32,000 nt of DNA, from positions 35,351 through 67,350 of IMG/VR virus record IMGVR_UViG_3300034109_000980. The stretch is one strand, 5' to 3'. This document shows positions 1-9,169 of the stretch, in pieces. The translations under genes and the position numbers were made by a program. The notes beneath the pieces were generated by a model that saw only the letters and a program-made list of their open reading frames with translations, searched no databases and was not told the DNA's origin. The stretch is from a virus. Positions within the stretch are counted from its first letter, which is position 1, and each line of letters begins with the position of its first letter.

Positions 1-129
1 CTCTATAACGCTTTGATGCTTTTTGATAGTTTGGACTAAAGCCCGATGTTTAATCCCTAAATCCTCAGCGATCAATCGGGAATCAACGACTAAAGTATTA
101 TTCTGTGTAGTAACATTAAGATTAGACAT
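1..129 (-). CDS. N-terminal part of a Rha/antirepressor-like phage regulatory protein (runs off the window)
   Basis: Hand translation from ATG at 129: MSNLNVTTQNNTLVVDSRLIAEDLGIKHRALVQTIKKHQSVIE; closely parallels the start of the 5948..6637 protein. Confidence 0.75.
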   Translation of the reverse strand, partial: MSNLNVTTQNNTLVVDSRLIAEDLGIKHRALVQTIKKHQSVIE

Positions 130-327
130 GATTTACTCCGTTTCAGTAACTTGTGTTTAGACTCAATTAAAAGGCTTAACTTTTGATTGAGTTGTTATCA
201 TATTATAGCACAAATTAAACAGGGAATCGGGTTGATAGCATTCTGCCTAATAAATTTCCAGTGGGCATATATGAAACATCTACCATAAAACCATGATAGG
301 ATTAAGATAATTTTATCCTTATAAACA

Positions 328-1644
328 ATGAGATCACCAAATCCCACACCAGGGAGAAATCGGATCTTTGAGAAGATATGGCGATTCCTAACTGTTTGGA
401 ATCGTACCGAGATAGAAGGGCAACAACGACCGCGCTCAGGGTGGCGTAACTGGACTTACAACGACACCACTCAAGAAGGGCGTGATTATGACCTTGAGAT
501 TCCTGAGATTCCCGTTAGGGCTCCTAATTTAGCATCTCAGTTAATCGAGCTTCGTTATTGTTGCTCAGAGGCTGCAACTGCCTATGATGCTATCAATGGC
601 GACGCCTGGACTTCCCACGATGGAGACGACCAGGGCTTTGATATTTCTGATACTTTGAATGACAATAAAACTAAGGTTGATCCAAAAATTCAAGAAATAT
701 TGAGACGGGTGATTAGAGAAGTTTTAATGCCCTCAGAACCCAAGATTGTAGGGGAAAGGTTGTTAGCTTATGGCGATAGTTTTGCGTCCCTAGGAATCAA
801 TTCTAAGGCGATGCGAATTGAAAGGATTTTGTACCTCCCGACTTGGGAAATGTTCAGATTGGAAACCAAACAAGGAGAGTTACTGGGATTTGAGCAACGA
901 GCTTTATTAAGAGATCCCGATCCGATTCAATTTCATCCTATCTCAATAGTTCATTGGAGATACCGACGCGACAATTTGTATGGTAGAGCGTTGTTTCTTG
1001 AATGCTTAAAAGATTGGTGTCGGATTGAGCAGATCCTTGATGATATTGCCGAAGCCTCTCACGCTGTGGGGATCAATCCTAATATTCATATTCTCCCGTG
1101 CGAATATGATGAAGAACAAGCTAATGAGTATAAAATTATGTATGAAGGGGCTAAAAATCAAAAGATTTTGACCGACCTTTATATGTATGGCGGGGGTGAC
1201 ATTAAAAAATTAAGTAATTCCAATCCTGACATCACCGCCCTATTAAAAGCAGCCGAATTTTTTATGGCTCGATTTGTCAGACGGTCAAGGATTCCCCCTT
1301 GGATGTTGGGATTTCCTGGGATTGGTGCTAGAGAAATATCAGGGGGGCCAGAAAGAGCTTATGCTAGATTAATTAATGATTTCCGTCAAAGCCTGTCAAC
1401 GGGTTTCAAACAAATCTTTAATTTAGAGTTGGCATTGCAGGGATATCCCAGAGAACAATGGCAATATAGAATTATCTGGCCAAGATTTTATATTGACCCA
1501 TTTAAACAACAGTTAGACCCCGATCATGATGAGTCCAACTCTCAAGAAATTGAGGATCTTGACTATCTAAGCATGATTTCAACTGACAAATTAACTCAAG
1601 AACTAAATAAGGTATTAAATGGAAAAAATATTATTACCAGATGA
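328..1644 (+). CDS. Phage portal-like protein
   Basis: 438 aa; segments such as LPTWEMFRLETKQGELLGFEQ, IVHWRYRRDNLYGRALFLECLKDW and ARFVRRSRIPPWMLGFPG are typical of portal proteins. Confidence 0.7.
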   Translation: MRSPNPTPGRNRIFEKIWRFLTVWNRTEIEGQQRPRSGWRNWTYNDTTQEGRDYDLEIPEIPVRAPNLASQLIELRYCCSEAATAYDAINGDAWTSHDGDDQGFDISDTLNDNKTKVDPKIQEILRRVIREVLMPSEPKIVGERLLAYGDSFASLGINSKAMRIERILYLPTWEMFRLETKQGELLGFEQRALLRDPDPIQFHPISIVHWRYRRDNLYGRALFLECLKDWCRIEQILDDIAEASHAVGINPNIHILPCEYDEEQANEYKIMYEGAKNQKILTDLYMYGGGDIKKLSNSNPDITALLKAAEFFMARFVRRSRIPPWMLGFPGIGAREISGGPERAYARLINDFRQSLSTGFKQIFNLELALQGYPREQWQYRIIWPRFYIDPFKQQLDPDHDESNSQEIEDLDYLSMISTDKLTQELNKVLNGKNIITR

Positions 1645-1786
1645 AACTCTACCAGGTTTTGAATATTTAGATCAGCTTAGTTCCGTGACTGAAGATGATC
1701 TAAATGTTGCAATCAATGAGTGGGAAAAAAGAAATAAAGGATCTGATTCTGAGAATATTTTGCAAGCGGAGGTGATTAATGAGTGA
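1619..1786 (+). CDS. Small acidic protein, 55 aa, unknown function (not in supplied ORF track)
   Basis: ATG at 1619 overlaps portal end; MEKILLPDETLPGFEYLDQLSSVTEDDLNVAINEWEKRNKGSDSENILQAEVINE*; stop overlaps the start of the ORF at 1779 (ATGAGTGA). Confidence 0.55.
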   Translation: MEKILLPDETLPGFEYLDQLSSVTEDDLNVAINEWEKRNKGSDSENILQAEVINE

Positions 1787-2231
1787 AGCCTATTTACAAC
1801 TTAGAAAATCAAATCTATTGAATAGATTAGAGTCTGAGAGTCCGAACATAGAAGAAACCATAGAACAGATTGCTGAGATAAATTTAGCACTAGGAACGTC
1901 AAGCGGGGGCGGCTTTTCTACACTTGCAAAAGAAGCCACGTCAACGGCGATCAACGCCAAACTTCCATCTTTATCAAGTGGTAGAGTCCCAGTCTCTTTA
2001 CCAACAATAACCGCCGAGTTAGATTGTAGATTACTAACAACAAATACAACAATTGCAACTGGTAGTTATTTCATTTATTTAAAGGTACTCGTAGGGGATG
2101 TAACTATTAATGGATTAACATTTTCATCCGGTGAAAATCTAAACTTTGAAGCCATTAATAATGTTCTATACCCCGCTATTGAGTTGGTAATTCCTAGTGG
2201 TAAATCAGTCCGATTAGTGAGAGGATATTAA
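1779..2231 (+). CDS. Probable phage structural protein, unknown
   Basis: 150 aa; coiled-coil N-terminus then beta-rich C-terminus, directly upstream of tail-fibre-like gene. Confidence 0.5.
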   Translation: MSEAYLQLRKSNLLNRLESESPNIEETIEQIAEINLALGTSSGGGFSTLAKEATSTAINAKLPSLSSGRVPVSLPTITAELDCRLLTTNTTIATGSYFIYLKVLVGDVTINGLTFSSGENLNFEAINNVLYPAIELVIPSGKSVRLVRGY

Positions 2232-2232
2232 C

Positions 2233-3483
2233 ATGGGAATGTTTTCGGATATTGATTATTCTTTGATTGTTTTGCAATTAGAGAAAGCAATGGCTAATGG
2301 TGTGGCTACCTTAGATTCAAATACCAAGGTTCCTAAAGCTCAGATTAGTTTAACCGCTTCTGATGTTGGTGCGATCGCATCTACTGGCAACGAAGTTTTA
2401 ACAAGTTTAAACGCCGCGTCTGGCACAATTTCATCTGGGCTTTTACCGTCTTATGTTGATGATGTCCTGAGTTATACAAACCTTGCCGGGTTCCCAGGTA
2501 CGGGTGAAACTGGAAAGATTTACGTTGATGAAACGACTAATAAAGTTTACCGATGGTCGGGTTCTGTTTATGTTGAGATATCGAGTTCTGCTACTGCGGG
2601 AGAGGCTTTAAAACTAACCACGCCACGGACAATTACAACAACGGGGGATGCTAGTTATTCAGTTAGTTTTGATGGTTCAGCCAATGTTACAAGTGCGATA
2701 ACACTGGCAACGGTCAATAGTAATGCTGGTTCTTTCGGTAGTGATAGTTCAATTCCTGCTATTACTGTCAATGCTAAGGGTCAAGTAACTGCGGTTTCAA
2801 CTAACAGTATCGGCAACGAATTAATTGCCCTTCAATCGCTATCCGACACCCCAGGATTCCTAAAAAAAACAGGGGATGGGACTTATTCAATTGATATTAA
2901 TTCCTATCTTTCATTGGCAGGTGGAACTTTAACAGGGGCATTGATCGCCACTTCTTTTTCTGGGGTTGGGACGGCATTAACAGCTTTAAATGCTTCAAAC
3001 ATTTCAACTGGAACCATCAACGCAGCCCGATTACCCGCATCTTACCTCCCCCTGACTGGTGGGACTATCACAGGGGACTTGATTTCAACTAGCGCAACAC
3101 CTTCAACATCTCCCACCACGGGAGCAAGTAGAGTTACAGGCGGTCAAGGGGTTCAGGGAAATCAATATATTGGAGGTTTTAGTTCTTTAGGTGGGGACGC
3201 TAACCATCCGGGGGTTAAGATTAAAGTTTTAACAGGAACTACGGCTGCAACACAGGGGGGGAGTGTAAATATTGCTCACGGATTATCTATTTTAAAAATA
3301 ATATCTGTAAATGTTCTTGTTAATTATGCTAATAGTTGGTTAATTTCTCCTAGCGAGAGTTCTGCGGGTTTTTCTTTTGGTTATTCAACTTCAATTTACG
3401 TGGTTCAAGTGACAAACCACCCCACCAATAGTGCCAACATTCTATCAAGTCCAGTTATAGTTACAGTAATTTACACGGCATAA
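2233..3483 (+). CDS. Tail fibre/adhesin-like protein
   Basis: Low-complexity tail fibre features: repeated SLAGGTLTGAL / PLTGGTITGDLI, GKIYVDETTNKVYRWSGSVYVEI, GDASYSVSFDGSANVTSAITLA, C-terminal domain after VAHGL-like AHGLSILKI. Confidence 0.8.
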   Translation: MGMFSDIDYSLIVLQLEKAMANGVATLDSNTKVPKAQISLTASDVGAIASTGNEVLTSLNAASGTISSGLLPSYVDDVLSYTNLAGFPGTGETGKIYVDETTNKVYRWSGSVYVEISSSATAGEALKLTTPRTITTTGDASYSVSFDGSANVTSAITLATVNSNAGSFGSDSSIPAITVNAKGQVTAVSTNSIGNELIALQSLSDTPGFLKKTGDGTYSIDINSYLSLAGGTLTGALIATSFSGVGTALTALNASNISTGTINAARLPASYLPLTGGTITGDLISTSATPSTSPTTGASRVTGGQGVQGNQYIGGFSSLGGDANHPGVKIKVLTGTTAATQGGSVNIAHGLSILKIISVNVLVNYANSWLISPSESSAGFSFGYSTSIYVVQVTNHPTNSANILSSPVIVTVIYTA

Positions 3484-3487
3484 AATC

Positions 3488-3814
3488 ATGACTATTGAGA
3501 AAAAAGACCATTTTTTTGTACTGCAAAGCCAACGGATTCCCGTGAGTGGGATTTTGTTGGATGTTGTAATTGAACTGTGCCACCAGTATTCAATTGTCAA
3601 TCTTGAGACTGGAGAAGTATTAGGAACAAGCCCAGGTGAAGGTATCTTAAATTTGGGAACACCCAATGAATTAGAAGTCGAGTTTCCTGGATTTTCAGAG
3701 CGGATGGAATGGATAAAAATTGCTTTGGTTACTAAGGCAATGGGAATAATAGCCACCAGAAAAGCGGCAGAACTAGCTGCAACTGAAGCGTCAAAAAACA
3801 ACCCAATAGAATGA
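3488..3814 (+). CDS. Hypothetical protein downstream of tail fibre
   Basis: 108 aa ORF, tight spacing in co-directional cluster. Confidence 0.5.
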   Translation: MTIEKKDHFFVLQSQRIPVSGILLDVVIELCHQYSIVNLETGEVLGTSPGEGILNLGTPNELEVEFPGFSERMEWIKIALVTKAMGIIATRKAAELAATEASKNNPIE

Positions 3815-3815
3815 A

Positions 3816-4169
3816 ATGATATCAATTTTTTCACTCCCTTTCAACCAGTCCGGTTATGCCTTCTTGCTTTTCTTTGCCGGACTGATTTCTATTATTAATG
3901 GATTTTCCTTGATATTTGATAACCGAAAGTTGAATCAATACTTGTCATCTACTCTGTTGATAAATAACGGATTGATGTTATTGTTTGACAGCTTTAACAA
4001 GATAGGTTATGACAAGTTTGATAATATGAAAATATCAACTTTAATAATTCAAATTATTATAAGTTTTTTATCGCTATTCCTTGTATTGGGGCATCACTAT
4101 GAACGTAGCAAAAAACTCAAAGAGCGAAAAAAAGAGGGTGAGTCTTACGATTTTAGAAAGAGGGGGTAA
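3816..4169 (+). CDS. Multi-pass membrane protein, unknown
   Basis: 117 aa with several hydrophobic segments (GYAFLLFFAGLISIINGFSLIF, TLIIQIIISFLSLFLVLG) and a charged C-terminus. Confidence 0.5.
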   Translation: MISIFSLPFNQSGYAFLLFFAGLISIINGFSLIFDNRKLNQYLSSTLLINNGLMLLFDSFNKIGYDKFDNMKISTLIIQIIISFLSLFLVLGHHYERSKKLKERKKEGESYDFRKRG

Positions 4170-4611
4170 ATATTGCAATATGCCACGCCCTGTTTTTAGA
4201 ATTAAATATATAGTTCAGGCATTATTTTTTAATCATCATTTCCTGGTGATGATTCTGGTCGGATTGTTTGGAATGATTTTTACCCCATTAGAAACATCTA
4301 TTGGATGGATAAATGAGAGTATTGATTTTTTAAACGCTATCACCCTTGGGGTGGGGATTGGCGGGATAATTTGTTGGTGTTTCGTCTACAAGTTCAAGAA
4401 AGAGTTTAGTAGTGAAATTAGCTCCTCTGTTTGGACTGCTTGCTATATTCTTTTAAATATCTGCCACATCCTTTCAGTATTGTTTATAGTAGTTTTCTTT
4501 TTGTCTGTAGGAATCAAGCAAAATGGCAGTATATCTTCCTTAGCTTGCGGGGTGTTTTCTTCAATGCTTGCAGAGATTATGTTATCAATTAAATATGCCT
4601 ACAAAAGTTAA
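4099..4611 (+). CDS. Multi-pass membrane protein, unknown
   Basis: Track begins at a TTG (4081); ATG at 4099 is more likely. Hydrophobic segments FLVMILVGLFGMIFTPL, AITLGVGIGGIICWCFVY, ILSVLFIVVFFLSVG. Confidence 0.5.
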   Translation: MNVAKNSKSEKKRVSLTILERGGKYCNMPRPVFRIKYIVQALFFNHHFLVMILVGLFGMIFTPLETSIGWINESIDFLNAITLGVGIGGIICWCFVYKFKKEFSSEISSSVWTACYILLNICHILSVLFIVVFFLSVGIKQNGSISSLACGVFSSMLAEIMLSIKYAYKS

Positions 4612-4628
4612 TTACCCTCGTAATCAAA

Positions 4629-5075
4629 ATGTTGATGTCTTTTTTTCATGTTATTCTCCAATCAAATACAACAACAGCTACTACAGACCAAACGATTCAA
4701 TCAGTATTTGGTTTGATTACCGTTCTGTTGGGTGGTAGTAGTGTGATTGGTATTGCTATCAATAGAATTTTTGATACCAAAAACATCAAGGTTATAGTTG
4801 AATTACAAAGTGAAATTAAAAGCCTTCAGAGGGAGGCTAATTATAGGGAGAATGATTTAAACAGGCTTGAGGTTGAAAACAACGAACTCAGGGAAAAGAT
4901 AGCCGCGCTACAGGAGAAAACTAACTCTAATTTTTCTGAACAATTAGTAAATATTCAAGAAAAATATCAACACTTAGCTTCAGAACATCAAAAAGCTATT
5001 GCAATAATAAAGAAGCTAAAAGGGGTATCTACCAATGCAAGTAATTCAAACACTAACGACGGCAATCAAACCTGA
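4629..5075 (+). CDS. Holin-like or spanin-like membrane/coiled-coil protein (function inferred)
   Basis: 148 aa; one hydrophobic segment (SVFGLITVLLGGSSVIGIAINRIF) followed by a long coiled coil. Confidence 0.45.
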   Translation: MLMSFFHVILQSNTTTATTDQTIQSVFGLITVLLGGSSVIGIAINRIFDTKNIKVIVELQSEIKSLQREANYRENDLNRLEVENNELREKIAALQEKTNSNFSEQLVNIQEKYQHLASEHQKAIAIIKKLKGVSTNASNSNTNDGNQT

Positions 5076-5147
5076 GACAATCTCTTGCACGGGAGGGCAT
5101 TAGATTGTATTTAATGCAACACCAACACAACCCAGTCCCTTTTTATT

Positions 5148-5387
5148 ATGAATAATTCAACTAAAATTAAACTGATTGCATTGGATCGTGAAGTTACCGT
5201 ATCCGAGGAAACTTTCACGATTAAGGAATTGAAAGTTAAGTATCCTAAACAATGGCTACAATCTCGTAATGATTATCCTGTTTTTATTAATTCGTGTATG
5301 GATAAATGGATATCAGAACAGGTAAAATTACAGGTAGAATTACAGGTAGAATTGAAGTGGAATGTTGTTACTTTTGAGGTGGGATGA
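5148..5387 (+). CDS. Hypothetical protein
   Basis: 79 aa ORF, overlaps next gene by 4 nt. Confidence 0.4.
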   Translation: MNNSTKIKLIALDREVTVSEETFTIKELKVKYPKQWLQSRNDYPVFINSCMDKWISEQVKLQVELQVELKWNVVTFEVG

Positions 5388-5776
5388 TGGATACGGAAGC
5401 ATTAAAAAATTTAATAACCGAGTACGAGAATGCTACTACGGATTCAGGGTACAAGATGAGATTAGCTAATCAGATGAACGACATTATAAAAAAAGATATC
5501 TGGGAACTTCAAGGGAAAATTAGAGAGGAAATGATGTTGCGAATGCAAACAAAAACAGAACAATTAAATAATTTAATAGCCAAAACAACGGGAGAAAATA
5601 CCCAATATGGTTATTGGTATATTGAGTTCAGAGGTCGGTCTGGGTGGTGGGCGGTTTCTGATATCCCTGTTAGTTTTGGAGAGAATGGAACATACCTCGG
5701 TAAGTCTTATATTGATGCTGTCAGGTCAATTAAAGATTTATTTCCAGAAAGAAAACCTTTGAATAGGGTGCTATAA
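5384..5776 (+). CDS. Hypothetical protein
   Basis: 130 aa ORF, coiled-coil N-terminus; ATGATGG start coupled to previous stop. Confidence 0.45.
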   Translation: MMDTEALKNLITEYENATTDSGYKMRLANQMNDIIKKDIWELQGKIREEMMLRMQTKTEQLNNLIAKTTGENTQYGYWYIEFRGRSGWWAVSDIPVSFGENGTYLGKSYIDAVRSIKDLFPERKPLNRVL

Positions 5777-5947
5777 TAATAATGCACACTGATTAAAATT
5801 GGACAACACACCCGATGATTTATTAATTGTTGGGTTATTTTTATTGGTGAAGATATTGGGTTTGTATTATAATATAAATAGGCAACCCGCCAAAAGTTTT
5901 TGGCTTTTGAACGGGTCTAACCACAACTTACTTATACGGAGTAAACA

Positions 5948-6637
5948 ATGGCTATTCTTGACATTACCACACAGAATGACACCTTAGTTGTCGATTCCCG
6001 ATTGATTGCTGATGAACTGGGGATTCAACATAAGAACTTACTGCAAACAATCACAAAGTATTTAGACCGATTAGAACGAAAAACACCAGTCGCGTTTAAA
6101 ACGGACGTGGTGAGACGCCCGCAGGGTGGGGCTTACGAAGTCTCTTACTGTTTCTTGAATGAAGCACAAGCAACACTTTTGATGACGTTTTCCCGAAACA
6201 GTGATCAGGTTTTGGATTGCAAAGAACGGTTAGTTGAGGCTTTCTCCCTTGCTAAGAATAACCACGTTCAGACCCCGCTTGCGTTACCACAAACCTATGC
6301 TCAGGCTTTGCTAGAGGCTGGACGATTGGCGTTAGAGGTAGAAAAGTTAGAGGCCGAGAAAGCACTGCTTGAGGAAGAAAACAATCAACTGTCCGAGGCT
6401 TTGGATGAACTTTTTGATTATTCGTCAATCATCAGGGTTGCCAAGTTCAATAAAGTTCATGAGTCTAACTTCAGTTGGCGACCTCTCAAAGCGATGAGTA
6501 TTAAGATGGGGATAGAGATTAAACAAGTTCCCGACGCCCGGTACATGACGAAAAATATTTATAGTCACGATGTTTGGCGGATCGTTTATCCGTGGGTGAA
6601 GTTGCCAGAGACTACGACGTTAACGATTATCAGATAA
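5948..6637 (+). CDS. Rha/antirepressor-like phage regulatory protein
   Basis: 229 aa; MAILDITTQNDTLVVDSRLIADELGIQHKNLLQTITKYLDRLERKTPVAFKTDVVRRPQGG... FLNEAQATLLMTFSRN is the Rha-type N-domain. Confidence 0.8.
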   Translation: MAILDITTQNDTLVVDSRLIADELGIQHKNLLQTITKYLDRLERKTPVAFKTDVVRRPQGGAYEVSYCFLNEAQATLLMTFSRNSDQVLDCKERLVEAFSLAKNNHVQTPLALPQTYAQALLEAGRLALEVEKLEAEKALLEEENNQLSEALDELFDYSSIIRVAKFNKVHESNFSWRPLKAMSIKMGIEIKQVPDARYMTKNIYSHDVWRIVYPWVKLPETTTLTIIR

Positions 6638-6647
6638 TCAAAAAAAG

Positions 6648-6671
6648 AACCCTCTAAATATTTAGAGGGTT
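6648..6671. terminator. Bidirectional terminator-like palindrome
   Basis: AACCCTCTAAATATTTAGAGGGTT, perfect 12+12 nt inverted repeat with A-run before and TTTTA after, between convergent genes. Confidence 0.7.
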
Positions 6672-6675
6672 GATT

Positions 6676-6864
6676 TTAAAATAATTTATTACAATCCTTG
6701 CATTTCATTCGGCGGCGACCGTGTTCGGTGTAACCATATCTAACCAGCCTATGACTACCACACCGGGGGCAACCGTCGCCAATCAGGGCTTTTGCAAAAA
6801 AAGACAGCCTAACACCTCTGATGGGTTGGCAGAATTGCGGACTAGCGCACCCGGAGCTAGGCAA
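6676..6864 (-). CDS. Zinc-ribbon mini-protein or fragment, IS1 InsA-like
   Basis: CPRCGSHRLVRYGYTEHGRRRMKCKDCNKLF: two CxxC knuckles; 5' part overlaps the 6783..7163 gene so true start is unclear. Confidence 0.4.
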   Translation of the reverse strand: MPSSGCASPQFCQPIRGVRLSFFAKALIGDGCPRCGSHRLVRYGYTEHGRRRMKCKDCNKLF

Positions 6865-7163
6865 TCCGTCCGATTTACTTTAACGGCGGCTGCTGCTACC
6901 AGTCCCGACACTATATAATAAGTGTCGGGGGACGCAGGGGGGAGTCCCTCAATCTCGCCATATTGAACGCTTTGGACTGGAATACCTAAAATGGGTTCGG
7001 ATTCGGTGTTCCCCATCGCCACGCGGGGGATGATTCCCGATGGTGGCAGGGTGTGGAGGATCTCAACAGCCGAAGCGGTGAACTGTTTGGTTTTAGGATC
7101 TTGGACAACCCCTTGGTTGCTACAGATGACGATTTGATGGGGAGTGGCGTTGATGATTTTCAT
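6783..7163 (-). CDS. Conserved phage/plasmid-type hypothetical protein
   Basis: 126 aa; MKIINATPHQIVI...PPSGIIPRVAM...YGEIEGLPP...YYIVSGLVAAAA...RTDCLAPGALVRNSANPSEVLGC. Confidence 0.6.
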   Translation of the reverse strand: MKIINATPHQIVICSNQGVVQDPKTKQFTASAVEILHTLPPSGIIPRVAMGNTESEPILGIPVQSVQYGEIEGLPPASPDTYYIVSGLVAAAAVKVNRTDCLAPGALVRNSANPSEVLGCLFLQKP

Positions 7164-7172
7164 GATTTTCTC

Positions 7173-7376
7173 CTAATAAAATAATGTGTCAATGCGACTG
7201 CAAGCGCAGTCATAGGCTGTGGCTTCTGTGGGGTAATCGTAGCCACTTGAAAAGATGATTACCCCGTCTTGGTAGATAAACCAGGCGTACTTCCCTGATT
7301 TATCTTTAATCTCGACTTCGTAGCCGAAATAGTGGGTCATATTAGACAAGAGCGCGCTCCTTGTGTTGGCTGGCAC
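7173..7376 (-). CDS. Hypothetical protein
   Basis: 67 aa; C-terminus SSGYDYPTEATAYDCACSRID. Confidence 0.4.
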   Translation of the reverse strand: MPANTRSALLSNMTHYFGYEVEIKDKSGKYAWFIYQDGVIIFSSGYDYPTEATAYDCACSRIDTLFY

Positions 7377-7623
7377 AATCTTGAACTGTAGGACAGTAAT
7401 CTGTCCAGTTGTAGCCTTCTAAATAGAAGGCAAAACCATCGGGTTGATCAGAATATTCCGATCCAAACCGTGCTTCGGCTTGGGCAATTTGCCCACCTTT
7501 ACCCCATAGCTTCCAGACGGTCATACAATCCCTGGTGTTGTTGTCAACCGTTACCTCTAGGTTAGAGCAGTTAGTAAGTTTCAATAACTTACTAAGTTGC
7601 TCATTGATTTGATGTTTCTTCAT
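7342..7623 (-). CDS. Hypothetical protein
   Basis: 93 aa ORF, co-directional. Confidence 0.4.
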   Translation of the reverse strand: MKKHQINEQLSKLLKLTNCSNLEVTVDNNTRDCMTVWKLWGKGGQIAQAEARFGSEYSDQPDGFAFYLEGYNWTDYCPTVQDCASQHKERALV

Positions 7624-7712
7624 TGCTTTAGCCTATGTAGTTAATAATCCCTTTCGGGAATGCGACCGCACGGAATCGAACCGTGCTAGGAGCTAACCTG
7701 AGATCGCTACTT

Positions 7713-8211
7713 TTAGTCTCTCCATGTCGGGAATTTAGCACCCCCAACAACCCCTGTTTTGGGGGTAACATGGGATAGCCTGTTGAACAGGTTGTGAAGC
7801 CCTCGAAACTTCACACTACCAGAGGCTTTTACCTCTGTCGCTGTAGTTTCCATAGCTTTTTGAAAAGCCGAAACTACAGCGGGTGACATCGGCGCAACCC
7901 AAACGCCCACTTTCCCGTTTACAGGGTGCAGGACAACTGAATCCTTGAATTCATTGGGAAGTTCAACAGGACAGTTTTTCACCTCCTTAAATAACATGTC
8001 AGAAGTAGATAGCTCCATAGCCATAAACCAGTGCTTGGCTGTTAGGCAGTGAAGGTCGAAGTCAAACTTTACGACCTGTTTTTTATTCCGCTTAAAATCG
8101 GGGACTTGACCCCGATACAATACTGTTGTTACCGCGTCGTCTTCTCCGACGACAAATCCTTGAAAATCAACTGAATCAAAAAGGTTTTCTGGTTTTGTGA
8201 AAGTTGTCATG
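7713..8211 (-). CDS. Hypothetical phage protein
   Basis: Track start (8258) extends upstream; ATG at 8211 (MTTFTKPENLFDSVDF...) is more likely. Confidence 0.55.
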
Positions 8212-8268
8212 GCGTTTGTCCTCTCTGTTTTTAGCTGTGGCTTCCGTGGGGTAATCATAGTGAAAAGG

Positions 8269-9063
8269 TCATATCAGGTCACATTTTCCTACCATTTTGT
8301 TTCCGCAAGGGAAATCCGCGCAAACGGACTGGTAAACGGGGTTTTTAGTCCCGAAAGCCTTTGTGACAATTCCCTGTCCATATACAGGGTGAATCACGCT
8401 GTCACCGACCTTCAACAGCCCTTCAACGGGTCTGTCTAAATTGTCAAGGTATTCTTTGACAATTTTGATAGCCTCTCCATAGAGGTGTTTTCGTTGGTCT
8501 GTGTAGACCTTCTCTACCTTCTCGGTAGGCAATTCCAAAACCGCCAAATCGGTCACAGAATATTCTGTGGTTTCTCCATAGCCCGTTTCATAAGCCACTG
8601 TTGTGGCACTAGGAAATTTGGGTTTTCCCTTAATAATTTCCCCGAATTGATTTACGGCAACCAAAGCCATATAGGTGACTGTCACCTGATATTCGTCAGC
8701 CACAAAATGAGCTTTGGGGCCAGAAACTTCGCCCCATTGAGAATTACCGCCCCGCATCCCATCGGGGGACTCTTTACGACGGGCGGGAGACTGTGTTTTT
8801 TGATAACTCCCTTGGAGTTTTTGACAGGTAACAGTCTCCTGTTTTTCTTCCTGGGTGACAACCCATTCCAGTTTTGTCACCTTAACGGAGTTCGGTAACG
8901 GGGTGACGTTACCAATGGAGTCACCATTATCTTTCCAGATGTTCCCTCTATCATCGACGTAATACCCCTTTGTAGGGAGTTTCAGGGCATCACGCCCTAG
9001 ATCATTGTTCCATTTCCACTCAGGTGTGGTTTTAGTGGTTTTGGTTTTAGTTGTGGTTGTCAT
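8269..9063 (-). CDS. Hypothetical protein
   Basis: 264 aa; Thr/Lys-rich N-terminus, C-terminal VGDSVIHPVYGQGIVTKAFG (CarD/KOW-like beta element). Confidence 0.55.
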   Translation of the reverse strand: MTTTTKTKTTKTTPEWKWNNDLGRDALKLPTKGYYVDDRGNIWKDNGDSIGNVTPLPNSVKVTKLEWVVTQEEKQETVTCQKLQGSYQKTQSPARRKESPDGMRGGNSQWGEVSGPKAHFVADEYQVTVTYMALVAVNQFGEIIKGKPKFPSATTVAYETGYGETTEYSVTDLAVLELPTEKVEKVYTDQRKHLYGEAIKIVKEYLDNLDRPVEGLLKVGDSVIHPVYGQGIVTKAFGTKNPVYQSVCADFPCGNKMVGKCDLI

Positions 9064-9169
9064 GGCGTTTGCTCCTGTCTCCTGTCTACATTTCTAATAC
9101 TACACAAAATATCAACAGGTGTCAACAGGTAAAGCAAACTATTTTAGATTTTGTATCAGGGGGATACAA

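Noticed and set aside
3445-3834. 129-aa antisense ORF
   Set aside because: Antisense to the tail fibre end and the 108-aa gene; no supporting features.
5799-5987. 62-aa ORF with hydrophobic segment
   Set aside because: TTG start, overlaps the Rha-like gene start, no convincing RBS; left out of features.
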